Position numbers and translations under genes: made by a program
DNA from: Eledone cirrhosa
Lineage: Eukaryota
Length of the DNA: 64,000 nt
Direction: 5' to 3'
Assembly (NCBI GenBank): GCA_964016885.1
Contig: OZ024749.1
Coordinates: 16,554,001-16,618,000 of the forward strand
Notes under the pieces: generated by a model
Seen by the model: the letters and a program-made list of their open reading frames with translations, nothing else
Databases searched by the model: none
What the model was told of the DNA's origin: nothing
Part shown: piece after piece, positions 12,767-25,950 of the stretch
Layout of the letters: each line of letters starts with the position of its first letter
How positions within the stretch are numbered: the first letter of the stretch is position 1

Positions 12767-15700
12767 TTAACCCTTTCATTACCGTATTTCTAATGAAAGA
12801 CACTGTCTATGTCATTAATCCTTTCATTACCGTATTTCTAATGAAATACACTGTCTATGTTATTAACTCTTTCATTACCATATTTCTAATGAAAGACACT
12901 GTCTATGTCATTAACCCTTTCTTTACCATATTTCTAATGAAATACACTGTCTATGTTATTAACCCTTTCATTACCATATTTCTAATGAAAGACACTGTCT
13001 ATGTCATTAACCCTTTCTTTACCATATTTCTAATGAAAGACACTGTCTATGTCATTAATCCTTTCTTTACCATATTTCTAATGAAAGACACTGTCTATGT
13101 CATTAATCCTTTCATTACCGTATTTCTAATGAAAGACACTGTCTATGTCATTAACCCTTTCATTACCATATTTCTAATGAAAGACACTGTCTATGTTATT
13201 AACCCTTTCATTACCATATTTCTAATGAAAGACACTGTCTATGTCATTAACCCTTTCTTTACCATATTTCTAATGAAAGACACTGTCTATGTCATTAATC
13301 CTTTCTTTACCATATTTCTAATGAAAGACACTGTCTATGTCATCAATCCTTTCATTACCATATTTCTAATGAAAGACACTGCCTATGTCATTAATCCTTT
13401 CATTACCGTATTTCTAATGAAAGACACTGTCTATGTCATTAATCCTTTCATTACCATATTTCTAATGAAAGACACTGTCTATGTCATTAATCCTTTCTTT
13501 ACCATATTTCTAATGAAAGACACTGTCTATGTCATCAATCCTTTCATTACCATATTTCTAATGAAAGACACTGCCTATGTCATTAATCCTTTCATTACCG
13601 TATTTCTAATGAAATAGACTGTCTATGTTATTAACCCTTTCATTACCATATTTCTAATGAAAGACACTGTCTATGTCATTAACCCTTTCTTTACCATATT
13701 TCTAATGAAAGACACTGCCTATGTCATTAATCCTTTCATTACCGTATTTCTAATGAAAGACACTCTCTATGTCATTAAACCTTTCATTACCATATTTCTA
13801 ATGAAAGACACTGTCTATGTCATTAATCCTTTCATTACCGTATTTCTAATGAAAGACACTGTCTATGTCATCAATCCTTTCATTACCATATTTCTAATGA
13901 AAGACACTGTCTATGTCATCAATCCTTTCATTACCATATTTCTAATGAAAGACACTGCCTATGTCATTAATCCTTTCATTACCGTATTTCTAATGAAAGA
14001 CACTGTCTATGTTATTAACCCTTTCATTACCATATTTCTAATGAAAGACACTGTCTATGCCATTAACCCTTTCTTTACCATATTTCTAATGAAAGACACT
14101 GTCTATGTCATTAATCCTTTCTTTACCATATTTCTAATGAAAGACACTGTCTATGTCATTAATCCTTTCATTACCGTATTTCTAATGAAAGACACTGTCT
14201 ATGTCATTAATCCTTTCTTTACCATATTTCTAATGAAAGACACTGCCTATGTCATTAATCCTTTCATTACCGTATTTCTAATGAAAGACACTGTCTATGT
14301 CATTAATCCTTTCATTACCATATTTCTAATGAAAGACACTGTCTATGTCATTAATCCTTTCTTTACCATATTTCTAATGAAAGACACTGTCTATGTCATC
14401 AATCCTTTCATTACCATATTTCTAATGAAAGACACTGCCTATGTCATTAATCCTTTCATTACCGTATTTCTAATGAAATAGACTGTCTATGTTATTAACC
14501 CTTTCATTACCATATTTCTAATGAAAGACACTGTCTATGTCATTAATCCTTTCTTTACCATATTTCTAATGAAAGACACTGTCTATGTCATCAATCCTTT
14601 CATTACCATATTTCTAATGAAAGACACTGTCTATGTCATCAATCCTTTCATTACCATATTTCTAATGAAAGACACTGCCTATGTCATTAATCCTTTCATT
14701 ACCGTATTTCTAATGAAAGACACTGTCTATGTTATTAACCCTTTCATTACCGTATTTCTAATGAAAGACACTGTCTATGCCATTAACCCTTTCTTTACCA
14801 TATTTCTAATGAAAGACACTGTCTATGTCATTAATCCTTTCTTTACCATATTTCTAATGAAAGACACTGTCTATGTCATTAATCCTTTCATTACCGTATT
14901 TCTAATGAAAGACACTGTCTATGTCATTAATCCTTTCTTTACCATATTTCTAATGAAAGACACTGCCTATGTCATTAATCCTTTCATTACCGTATTTCTA
15001 ATGAAAGACACTGTCTATGTCATTAATCCTTTCATTACCATATTTCTAATGAAAGACACTGTCTATGTCATTAATCCTTTCTTTACCATATTTCTAATGA
15101 AAGACACTGTCTATGTCATCAATCCTTTCATTACCATATTTCTAATGAAAGACACTGCCTATGTTATTAATCCTTTCATTACCGTATTTCTAATGAAATA
15201 GACTGTCTATGTTATTAACCCTTTCATTACCATATTTCTAATGAAAGACACTGTCTATGTCATTAATCCTTTCTTTACCATATTTCTAATGAAAGACACT
15301 GTCTATGTCATCAATCCTTTCATTACCATATTTCTAATGAAAGACACTGTCTATGTCATCAATCCTTTCATTACCATATTTCTAATGAAAGACACTGCCT
15401 ATGTCATTAATCCTTTCATTACCGTATTTCTAATGAAAGACACTGTCTATGTCATTAATCCTTTCATTACCATATTTCTAATGAAAGACACTGTCTATGT
15501 CATTAATCCTTTCATTACCATATTTTTAATGAAAGACACTGCCTATGTCATTAATCCTTTCATTACCGTATTTCTAATGAAAGACACTGTCTATGTCATT
15601 AACCCTTTCATTACCATATTTCTAATGAAAGACACTGTCTATGTCATCAATCCTTTCAATACCATATTTTTAATGAAATACACTGTCCATGTTATTAACT

Positions 15701-16097
15701 CTTTCACTACCATATTTCTAATGAAAGACACTGTCTATGTCATTAACCCTTTCATTTCCATATTTCTAATGAAAGACACTGTCTATGTCATTAACCCTTT
15801 CATTACCATATTTCTAATGAAAGACACTGTCTATGTCATCAACCCTTTCATTACCATATTTCTAATGAAAGACACTGTCTATGTCATTAACCCTTTCATT
15901 ACCATATTTCTAATGAAAGACACTGTCTATGTCATCAATCCTTTCATTACCATATTTCTAATGAAAGACACTGTCTATGTCATTAACCCTTTCATTACCA
16001 TATTTCTAATGAAAGACACTGTCTATGTCATTAACCCTTTCAATACCATATTTTTAATGAAAGACACTGTCCATGTTATTAACCCTTTCATTACCAT
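12767..16097. repeat. 48-bp tandem satellite, ~69 units, with higher-order structure
   Basis: Unit ttaa(c/t)cctttcattaccatatttctaatgaaagacactgtctatgtca; variant aaatagact recurs at ~13613, 14477 and 15197 (18 and 15 units apart). Confidence 0.97.
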
Positions 16098-16483
16098 TAC
16101 ACTGCCTATCGTCTTCAAATAATTTTGAAAATAATCAAGAATTTGGAGGGATTTACCGATATTACTAACTTCCTCATTATTAAGCTGAAGTTTACAACAT
16201 AAAGGTTCCTCTATAAAATTGCAAAGGGGTCTTTTTTAGATGACGATAAACATTTCAACCCTTTCGTTAGTATATTTCTAATGCAAAAACTATGATTTTC
16301 AAATAATTTTCAAAAAACAAAATAAAGTATTTTGAGGAATTTAGTCATAACTTTCTTGTTATGCTGATGTTTTGGACATAACTTAATAAAGGATCTTACA
16401 TAAATATAAACACTTTAAAACAAATAATTTTGTATTATATAACCTGAGATAGTTCCAGGCAGTTTTGGTGTCAAAGAGGTTAA
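12767..16483. mobile_element. TTAA-flanked piggyBac-like MITE whose left end expanded into the satellite
   Basis: Left end TTAA-CCCTTT at 12767, right end AAAGAGG-TTAA ending 16483; an internal second left end (aaccctttcgtta) near 16258. Confidence 0.55.
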
Positions 16484-16684
16484 ACCACGGGATAGTCATA
16501 GTTGGAATGCCTTAGAATCATGGATGGATAAAAGCTAAATAACAACAAAATCATAACAACCAACAAGCATCCACATGGTTGCTCGACCTGTTAAACATAG
16601 CAACCAATTCTCCCTAATTTTTAAATAACTTTAAAAAATTACTTTCCAAAAATAGCATTTAAAAGTGAGGAGGAGAAATGGGAC

Positions 16685-17035
16685 GAGGGAAAACTCTACA
16701 CATGGCTGGGTGGTATATGTCAACTGTACCCCCGGTGGAGAGCAGCCAGTGATACCTGCTACATCAACCATTCCATCTTTCAGCAAATCAAACTCTACAC
16801 ACTTTGCTGGATGGTGTATTTCAGCTGCACCCCAGGTGGACAAGATGGTGAAAGCATTGCAGTGGAGAGCAGCCAATGGTACCCTCTACGTCGACCATTC
16901 CACCTTACGACAGAGGAAACCCTACACACTTGACTGGAGGGAGGGGTATATTTCCGCTGTACCTCTGGTGGATAGCAGCCAGTGATACCCGCTACATCGA
17001 CCATTCCAACTTACGCAGAGCAAACTCTATACACT
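16685..17035 (-). repeat. Three tandem ~105-125-bp units homologous to the CRE-like fragment at 2150-2265
   Basis: Reverse complement ggaatggttgatgtagcaggtatcactggctgctctcca matches ggaatggctgttgcagcgagtgtcgctggccgttctcca. Confidence 0.6.
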
Positions 17036-17039
17036 TGGC

Positions 17040-19505
17040 ATGGGACGACATGCTTTGTGACATATAATTATAGCCCTTTACATCTGAGTCCAAATCCTGC
17101 CGAAGTTAGCTTTGCCTTTCATCCTTATGGGGTTCTTCTTATCGTGCCCATAAGAGTGTCAGTTACAAAGCTTGGCTAGATGTGGTTCCGCCAAGTCCAA
17201 TGGACTCTGCCAAGTCCAATGTAGTGCAGGGGTGTTACAGGAAGAGGCATATCAGGAAGTGCTGCGTAGTCTGTGGTTCGATGCCGCAGTCACACACAAC
17301 ATCCCCATCCTTTAAATATCTCCATTTTGCAAGAGTGGCTTTTGCACATCCAACATCGGATCTTAAACTGTTTAGGCATTACCACACTGCATAGTTTGTA
17401 TCTGCTCCAGGGGGGCAGTGCCTCGCTCACCTTCAGCTCCATTGTTGTTACTGATGGGATGTTGTTAAGTTTTTCTTCCCAGCGAGTGACTCTTTCACTA
17501 CTTATGCTTGATGTTCCAAGGGGTGTGACCCTCTTTAGGAATCTTTTCCTGGATTTAGGGCGACTTTTGGCTAGCACATGGCTGAAGAGAGGATGTTTTT
17601 GATCTGTAGTCTATTGTTGACGCTCTTTTTTGCTTGCTGCACTTCATTGTATCTTTGAATGGGTTATGCGTGTCAGGATATGTAGACGGTCCGTAGGTGT
17701 AGATTTCATGCAGCTTGCCTTGAGACATCTAGCATTGAGGGTTGTATCTAGCTTCTGGACATTGGCAGTTCGCTCCCATACTGGGCATGCATACTCGGCA
17801 GCTGAGTAGCAGAGAGCTAGTGCAGTTAACTTTAGAGTCTATGGGCTTGCACCCCAGATTGTGCCAGTGAACTTGCGGATGATTTTCTTCGCATTCACTT
17901 TACACTTATATAGATTGGGTGCTCAGTGTTCAAGGCGGGTTCCTGGCCAGTTGGCCTTCAGTTGGCTTCATGGTTTCGCAGTTGGAAGGCACACGCCTGT
18001 GTCTTGGATGGATTTGCACGCAGATGGTTCCCTTCATAATAAGCTGTTAGCTCTTCCAGAGTATTGGAGTGTCTATCTTCCACAACTTTGAAATCAGTGT
18101 CTTGTGCACATGTGCCAAGATCGTCTGCATAGATGAAGCGGTGGGTGCCTGCACTTTTTGGTTGCCCGTGGGTGTGTTGAAGAGAAGTGGTGCAAGCACA
18201 GTTCCCGGTTGGAGGCCATTCTTGAGTCTTCGCCATCTGCTTTTCTTCCCTTCTAGCTCTACAAAGAGGTGCCTTTTTTCAAGCATACTTTCATTCAACT
18301 ACGTCAGACAGGTGTCTCTTGTGGTCTCCAGGATCTTGCTAAGGAGACGTCTGTGGTTGACTGTGTCATAGGGAGCTGAGAGGTCGACAAACACCACACC
18401 GGTTACCATCCCTTCCTCATAGCCCGTCCTCGATGTACTGGGTGAGGCTGAGTATTTGGCTAGTTGTCGACTTTCCAGAGCAGAAGCCTGCTTTTTCAGA
18501 GATGAGGTGTTCGGCCACAAAGGGGTCCATTCTGTTGAAGATCATGCGTTCAAAGAGCTTGTAGGTGTGACTCAAAAGTGAGATTGGTATAAAGTTCTTA
18601 AGGGTGGGTGGATCTTTCCCGGGTTTCAGCAGTGCTATAATGTGAACTTTCGTCCAGATGGTGGGGAACTTGTATGTTGTTAAGCACTGATTGTAGAGCT
18701 GTAGAAGCCACGTGTTTGCCCTGTGACCGAAGTGCTTGATCTCTTCGGTTGCGATGTTATCCAGTCCAATTGCCTTCCCTGGTTTGACGGTAAAGAGTCC
18801 TGCTTCCAGCTCTTCTATGATAAACTCTCTTGTAAAAGCAGGGTCCGCAGTGTATTTCTTGCGGTTTAGTTTGATCTTCTTCCGTCTCTTTCCCCTCTTT
18901 CCATCCTCTAGTAATTGGTTGGCAACTTGGTTGGCAGTGATTATTAGGTGCTGAGGGGCTGCTTTAGGAACACCACATAGCTTGTGAATAAGTGTCCATG
19001 CTTTCTTGATGTTTTTTTTTTTACATGTCCATAAACTCAATAAGAGCATGCCACGTCTTGCGTCGCTCTTGGGCAATGCTTTCCGTGACTTTCTCGCCTT
19101 GGACAGTTATTTCTTCTGAGAAGGGGTCTGCTTCAAACATGCTGATATAGCTGGCATATAATCCTGTACATTCCTTTGAAAGTCCAGGTATATATTCAAT
19201 TCTACAGCCTCGAGGAATATGTTTCCAGGCAGTTTTCAGCACCAGATTAACAAAGGTTGTAGTTGTTGCTAGTTGGTATTATATGTTTGATCTTCTCTTC
19301 CAGCTCGTTGGTGAAACCTTTCCAGTCCGCTTTCTTGTAGTTGAAGCACCTTTTAAAAGGCACGATGGTTGGGACTACAGCTGCATTGATTAGGATCCCA
19401 ACTGGACGTTAATAACATAAAGTACCAGTAACACACTGGAGTCGATTTAATCAACTTTCCCTTTCCATTTAAATTGTTGACCTTGTGCCTAAATCAGAAA
19501 CCATT
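17040..19505 (+). mobile_element. SINE family 1 copy split by the LINE (17040-17134 and 19408-19505)
   Basis: catccttatggggtt joined to aataacataaagtaccag restores the SINE body. Confidence 0.75.
17135..19407 (-). mobile_element. 5'-truncated, decayed Vingi-like LINE (RT plus C-terminal CCHC), inserted in a SINE
   Basis: Motifs KHIPRGCR, PISLLSHTYKLFER, VFVDLSAPYDTV, WRRLKNGL, FIYADDL and C-terminal CDCGIEPQTTQH; several frameshifts; no RNase H seen; clade assignment tentative. Confidence 0.75.
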
Positions 19506-19507
19506 GA

Positions 19508-19686
19508 ATTGGCAGTATCGGTAGAGGGTCGGACATGCTTTCCAGCATAGTTACGTCCCTTTACGATCTGAGTTCAAATCCCTCCGAGGTTAACTTTGCC
19601 TTTCATGTTTACTGGGTCTATAATATAAAGTACCAGTAATGTACTGAGTAATTGCTGGCCTTGTTCCCAAAGTAGAAACAATTATT
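19508..19686 (+). mobile_element. SINE family 1, full copy in tandem with the previous one
   Basis: A-box-like tggcagtatcggtag, B-box gttcaaatcc, tail aaagtagaaacaattatt. Confidence 0.8.
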
Positions 19687-19862
19687 ACTACTACTACTAC
19701 TGCTGCTGCTGCTGTTTCTCATGGAAACCAAATGGGATGGTCACGGCTAGAACGTTTTTTTATCACAGGTCTGCTGTATCAGGGCTGACCAAGATACACA
19801 ACGTCACCGAATTTTGTTTTCCTTTTTCTAATGTTCCGTAACTAAGCTTTTAACTTCTTCAG

Positions 19863-20113
19863 AAGGGAGATAATCCTCAATGGCATACTGGTGCATTGTG
19901 GTTAATAAGTTGAGAAGGTCATCAAACACAAACGTCCTTCTTCGTCTTCCGAAGCGGGTATCGATCCCGTTCCATTCGCCAAAATGCCGTTCGATTCGGG
20001 AGAAGACCGGATTATATTAAAGAAGAACTTTGCACCTGATCTTTTCACAACACCTGATAATGATGATATATTAATTAAGAGTTTTCACAGCAGTATATTT
20101 GGTGCATATTTAG
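19863..20113 (+). other. Candidate exon of an unknown gene
   Basis: Pyrimidine tract with ctaat branch-like site ending ttcttcag; donor AG|GTAAGT at 20113/20114; frame from caaaATG at 19984 is open to the donor. Confidence 0.35.
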
Positions 20114-21805
20114 GTAAGTTGAGGTATAACCTGGCTGATCAGGTTATTCTAATGTGACTTTGTTTGGTGAACGAAACACGGTGGTGTGTGTGTATATATA
20201 TATTTATATATTTAAAATAGGGAGGAGACGCACAGACAATTGAAAACCCAACGGAGAAACGGGCAGTCCCATCTATCTATCTCGCTATATATATATATAT
20301 TATATATTATGGAATACTGTTGGCTTCATGTTCACAATAATTTCTATACTTTTCATTTATATATATATATATAACTTATTTTAGTTATTGCTCGAACTGA
20401 TTTTGAGATATCTAGTCAGAAGATCACAGATGATGGACAGTCCCGTTTCTCGCTCTATTTTTCATTCATATACATATATATATAGTGAGAGAGAGAGAGA
20501 TGTAAAATCCCCACCGCGGCGCCAAGTGGTTTCGGCTTGGATGTGAAGCAAGCTTTATTCAAGGGTGTGTGTGTATACACGCACACACACACACACACAC
20601 AGAATAATTAAGGTATTTATTTGTGATTAGTGTTTGCTGCTTTCTAAAAGCTTTATCAGCTCATAACAAATATTTAAGATTAAATAGAAGTACATACATA
20701 TATAATCAATTAATTATTGATAGGAACCTGATAAATATAATACACAAATATATAATCAAAATGAAATAGGAAACAAAACTTCAATTCAACACTACGTGCA
20801 TCAATCGGTCACAGATGTGGGTATCATCGAAATAAAATAAAAATGCAAGCAACATATAGTGTGGAAGTATTTATATTAATGATTTCTACTTTAGGCACAA
20901 GGCCAGCAATTTATATTAATAATACAACTTTACACCCTGCACTACCACCGGTTTCAAGACGTATACACATCTAACTTACCCGATGTATGATGATTTGTAC
21001 GTGTTTTCATCTTGGCGGTGTTAAGTCATGCTGTTAAATTCATTTAATTTATCTTAATTTTGGATATATATATATATATTTAGGTTTGTTGGTTCACCAC
21101 ATATATATATATATATGTGGTGCCAAGAGTTTCCGAAGAAATAGATGATGGAAGAAAAGCACTCTGTAATGTATAGAAACCAACCCAAAATACAGATCTA
21201 TCTGACGTGTCTCATAACATGACAACCCATGCAAGTGTGGAAAATGGACATTAAACGATGATTATATATTGAGTGTCCCCAAAGAAAATGTACACACAAC
21301 ACACTTCAACAGCATTTCAATAAAAGTATGTATACACTTTGGTGGGGTGGGGTGGGTGGGTGTCACACACACATATATATATATAACTTTAATAGGTTTT
21401 TAAAATAGTGAAATACTGTCCTTGAAGTATTGAAACGAAAACTAAACCAAAAACCTAGGTATATAGAATTAAAGGGACGACATAGGTGACAAAAGAGATC
21501 CAGTTAGACCTGGAGACGAAGGCAGACACACAAGGGTAATCTTTCGTTTTAAGATCTCAGATAATTTCGGATTATTTTTGTGATTGAAACTTTGCAATAT
21601 ATTTTTTTTATTTTATTTGCATGGGCTTAATGTACATCCTCCCTGAAGGTTGTACTTCTATAAAGTATGTATTATTATATAATTCAGAGCTGTGACCACA
21701 TGCACGTTAATTTCGTTGGTTAAACTACGAGTCACGTCGTCGGGACAGACGGAGGTCCAACATATATATATGTGTGTGTTGGAGGAAGACATCTATACAC
21801 AAATA

Positions 21806-21874
<69 letters not shown>

Positions 21875-21875
<1 letters not shown>

Positions 21876-22720
21876 GATATTAAATAAATGGAAACTATAT
21901 TTATAAAACCATATTTATTTCATTATACATATTTCAGGGATACCAAATTAAAATATGGTATGCCTTCATCAGACAAAATACAATATATAAACAGTTTTAT
22001 AAATAATTTTGACGTACCCTATTAGATGCAACCATTATTTTTGGAAGCTGTCTGGATAGTGAGATGTTTATAATTATTTTATTAGTTATAGTGTTAAGCA
22101 CAGTTAGAAAAAGACGGAGAGAAAGAAAAAACGGAGAGAGAGAAGGAGAGAGAGAGAAATGTATGTAGAAAAGAAAGATATAAATAGATAGGAGGAAATA
22201 AAAAAGAAAGAAAAAAGGAAGAAATAAGAAAAACAAAAGAAAGCAACAGAGAGATAATAATTCATCATACAGATAGAAAAACTCAAGAGAGAGGGGGATA
22301 TATTGACAACTTTACGTCATGTCATATTAAGTTGAGTTAACAATTCATATGAAATGAATAATAAAAATGTAAATATCAATATTCATGAATGGGACATAGA
22401 TATATAATATGAGAAAATAACATTGTTCAATAATGACCATATGTTTAGTTTAAAACCTTGAGGTCAATATACCAAAATCTGAGTTAAAACCTTCAAAATT
22501 ATTTATAAAACTGTTTATATATTGTATTTTGTCTGATGAAGGCATACCATATTTTAATTTGGTATCCCTGAAATATGTATAATGAAATAAATATGGTTTT
22601 ATAAATATAGTTTCCATTTATTTAATATCGTATATCTACTCCAAAAACTTGTCGAGTGCTTTATATCAGTTATAAAATATTTACTTGTTGTATCCCAACA
22701 ATTTTAAATAGAACTTTTGC
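21875..22720 (+). mobile_element. ORF-less Penelope pLTR fold-back, family A
   Basis: 21875-22000 is inverted to 22503-22632; homologous to the pLTR of the element at 52153-56081; the + arm has ~90 extra nt; (TA)n flanks. Confidence 0.8.
22525..22589 (+). ncRNA. Minimal type I hammerhead ribozyme, family A (inverted copy 21916-21980)
   Basis: tattttgt CTGATGA aggcatacca..tggtatccct GAAA tatgta TA atgaaata; intact core, 8-bp helix I, 10-bp helix II. Confidence 0.85.
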
Positions 22721-22833
<113 letters not shown>

Positions 22834-23004
22834 AGAATATTTTCGAAACAGCGAGTGGGTTTGAAATTATTAGAAATGTAAGCTATCGCCGTATTTTGAC
22901 TAAAGAAATTATTTAGCCTGATAGTGGGGTTAAGAACCCTCGGAGAAATGGAAAAAGATGAGTATTGACGTACATACATATATATATATATATATTATAT
23001 TATT

Positions 23005-23128
23005 CAGAATTTATTATATATATTTCGAAGGTACTGTGCTGTTTCTTCAGTACGTCCGCGTCAGATAAAATACATGAATTGATGTATGACATACCTCAAC
23101 TGTCTTGATGGTTCAATTCCAGTATTGA
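23005..23128 (-). mobile_element. Family B pLTR fragment with a core-mutated hammerhead (CTGACGC)
   Basis: Near-identical to 7780-7900; A9 of the core is replaced by C. Confidence 0.65.
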
Positions 23129-23314
23129 AATATATATAAAATATATATAATAGAATATATATATATATAATAAAACATATATTTTGATTATGTGAATGTC
23201 TTTATTTATTAATATTTTGAATAATTTTGAGCTTTGCCGTCGGGGTCATACTTGTTCCTATATATATATACACGATATATTAACAAATGGAAACTATATT
23301 TATAAAACCATATT

Positions 23315-23379
23315 TATTTCATTATACAAATTTCAAGGACACCAAGTTAAATTATGGTGTGCTTTCATCAGATAAAATA
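23315..23379 (-). ncRNA. Hammerhead ribozyme, family A variant, within pLTR fragment ~23273-23420
   Basis: Helix II aagcacacca/tggtgtcctt shows two compensatory pair changes relative to aggcatacca/tggtatccct. Confidence 0.75.
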
Positions 23380-23837
23380 TAATATAGAGCAGTTTTATAA
23401 ATAAATATTGACATACCCTTAAAGAATGCGACCATACAGTCACATGTATATAGATATATAATTCTTCTCCTTCACCACACAGCCATACCTCCAAAATGGC
23501 AATTATCCATCCACCCGTCATCCCTCCTTATAGTTTTCGCAACATTTTTTATATTATTTATTTACTCTTTACTCTTTTACCTGTTCCAGCCATCCGGCTG
23601 AGGCCATGCATATTTTATTTCACTGAAATTTATGGTTTAAACGTCGCAGAATAGGATACAATTAAAAAACATGTTTTTAAAATTTTAATTTTTATCGTAT
23701 TTTTGCCCCAACTTTCATTTTCAGTGCCTTTGTTTTCCTGTTATTCCGTTCTTCGTTTTTTGGATGTATTTTCTCGAAAATAATTTTAAAATAATTTCGA
23801 GTAAAATAACCCGAACAGGCCAAGTAATTAAAGTAAT

Positions 23838-23948
23838 TAATTGTTTCTACTTCTGGCACAAGGCCAACAATTATCTCAGTGTATTACTGGTTCTTTATTT
23901 TATCGACCCCAGGAAGGATGAAAGGCAAAGTTAACCTCGGCGGGAATT
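23838..23948 (-). mobile_element. SINE family 1 fragment
   Basis: tgtttctact..ggcacaaggcc..ttttatcgacccc..gaaaggcaaagttaacctcggcggga. Confidence 0.7.
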
Positions 23949-24352
23949 AAAATAATTAATATTTGATAATTATTATTACAGTGAATATTTGTGGAGTATA
24001 TATCTATAATATATAAATATAGTACTGACCTTTATCGCAAGAATTTCTTTTAAAAAATTTTCCAGACGAAAATATAAACAAACCTGCCAGTCTCTCTCTT
24101 ACTCTGTGTAATGTCCGCCGGCAGTTGCGTGTGTACGCACGTGTGTGTATATGTATGTATCTGTGTGTGAGTCTACGCCGAGAGTCTGTATGTGTGTATA
24201 TACGTGAGTCTGTATGTGTGTATGTACGTGAGTCTGTATGTGTGTATGTATGTGTGCATGTCTATGTATTTATGTGTGTGTATGTATGTCCATATATATG
24301 AAGGTGTTTGTATATATGTGCGTATATGTGGATATACGCACGTCAGTACTAT

Positions 24353-25012
24353 ATGTCAGGTCACAAGTTGGTGTTACTGGTAACATGTATCCCAGTACAA
24401 CCTGTCTCATGGTCGGGTCATTGGCGACTAAACTGGCAACCCCACCAAGGTTTCTTGATGAGGAGTCAGACTCATTCAGCGCATTGGTGGGGGTTCTCCT
24501 ACATGGATATAAAGTAGTCGCCGTACTCGAAAACGAGTTGGCAGCCACCATGTATATATATATATGTGTATGTATGTATGTATGTATGTATGTATGTATA
24601 TATATATATCCGGGAGAGATGACTCCTTAGCCTTTGTCAAGGCAGAATTCTAGGAGAAGGAAAACTCTGATATAACACCTGCAACCCTGATGGTATCCAA
24701 TGATGTTGACTTGTTCTTCTTTTTGGTAAATATCATCTTGGTTAAGAGAGTGGGACTGGCTTTGTGCAGTGCCTTTGCTCACTATAAAAGCTTCACGGCA
24801 CAGGCATTGCTTTATATCTGGAGATCTCTCTGCACTTGTCGTCACATGGTACCATGGGCCCAGCACTATGTGTCAGTAATTGTCACAAGTGTAATGTTTG
24901 TACCAGAGTTTTCAAGTCGCTGGCTGGACTAAAAAGTCACACTCGTTCAGCGCATCAGTAGAGGTTCATGGATATAAAGTAGTGGCCGTACTCGAAAACG
25001 AGTTGGCAACCA

Positions 25013-25016
<4 letters not shown>
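24353..25016 (+). mobile_element. Two deleted copies of the bipartite RTE-derived non-autonomous element (24353-24551 and 24610-25016)
   Basis: Match 31096-31675; each ends gtactcgaaaacgagttggca.ccacca followed by (TA/TATG)n. Confidence 0.8.
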
Positions 25017-25090
<74 letters not shown>

Positions 25091-25809
25091 TGAGGGAGCT
25101 TATAGATAGGACAACACACGCTGTCTTTTCGTGGGGTAAGTTTTTAATTAATTTTTGTATTCTGAAACATCAAAATACAACAATTTTTTTGTCACTGGAC
25201 TCGGGAATGTCACGACAGAAGTTTGTGGAAGTTACACAAATAGTTTAGTATATTTTACCAGACCAATCCTTATTTATATTTTACATTTTACATTTACTTA
25301 CATCTCAATATAACATGGCTAAAATTCAAATTTTGCAAAGAGAAGAAAACTAGATACATCTCACTGTCCCCCCGCCACCACAATAACGTCTACACTCTCT
25401 CCCCGCCATCACATTTCAAGACCCTCTCTAGACTAAAGTCATCGACCTGTTGTCAAACTCTACTCTGTGTTGAATGTGTATATATATATATATATATGTA
25501 TGTATATGTGGATATATACATCACTCAGTCAAAAGACCAGATTTCAACCCCAACATCTACAACAACACCGGCACTAATGTTTACAGCAACAACAGCTTCA
25601 GAATGAATTGAAATGAACATTTACAACAACAGCGGCATCAAACGATAATTAAAAAAACCACAAACAAACAAAAAAACTCAAAATAACAAAACACACACAC
25701 ACACGCACACAACACAACAACAACATCAACTGCCACCACCACCACCACCACCGCCGCCGCCATCACCATCACCAGCGACCGGGCCTTAAGAAAACAACTT
25801 TAATAATAA

Positions 25810-25950
25810 TTTTTCTACTTTTGGCACGGATCCAGCGACTGAACCAGCGCATTACTGGTATTCTCTTTTGTTGACTGAAAGGCAAGGTTGACCTCGGCGG
25901 GATTTAATCTCAGAGCGTGGAGAGCCATAACTCTATGCTGTAAAGCAATT
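25810..25950 (-). mobile_element. SINE family 1, decayed
   Basis: ttctacttttggcac..ttactggta..gaaaggcaaggttgacctcggcgggattt. Confidence 0.6.

Noticed and set aside
12767-16097. CRISPR-like array or hammerhead array (ctaatga...gaaa)
   Set aside because: No unique spacers or cas genes in eukaryotic DNA; CTAATGA lacks the essential core G and GAAA overlaps it rather than following a helix II
12793-16122. Long ORFs of repeated MKDTVYVINPFITIFL
   Set aside because: A by-product of a stop-free 48-bp unit; duplicated TAG stops and no unique N- or C-terminus
21272-21347. Tiny Tc1/mariner-like MITE (ccccaaag..tgtacaca / tgtatacactttggtgggg)
   Set aside because: Inverted repeat too short and decayed to support
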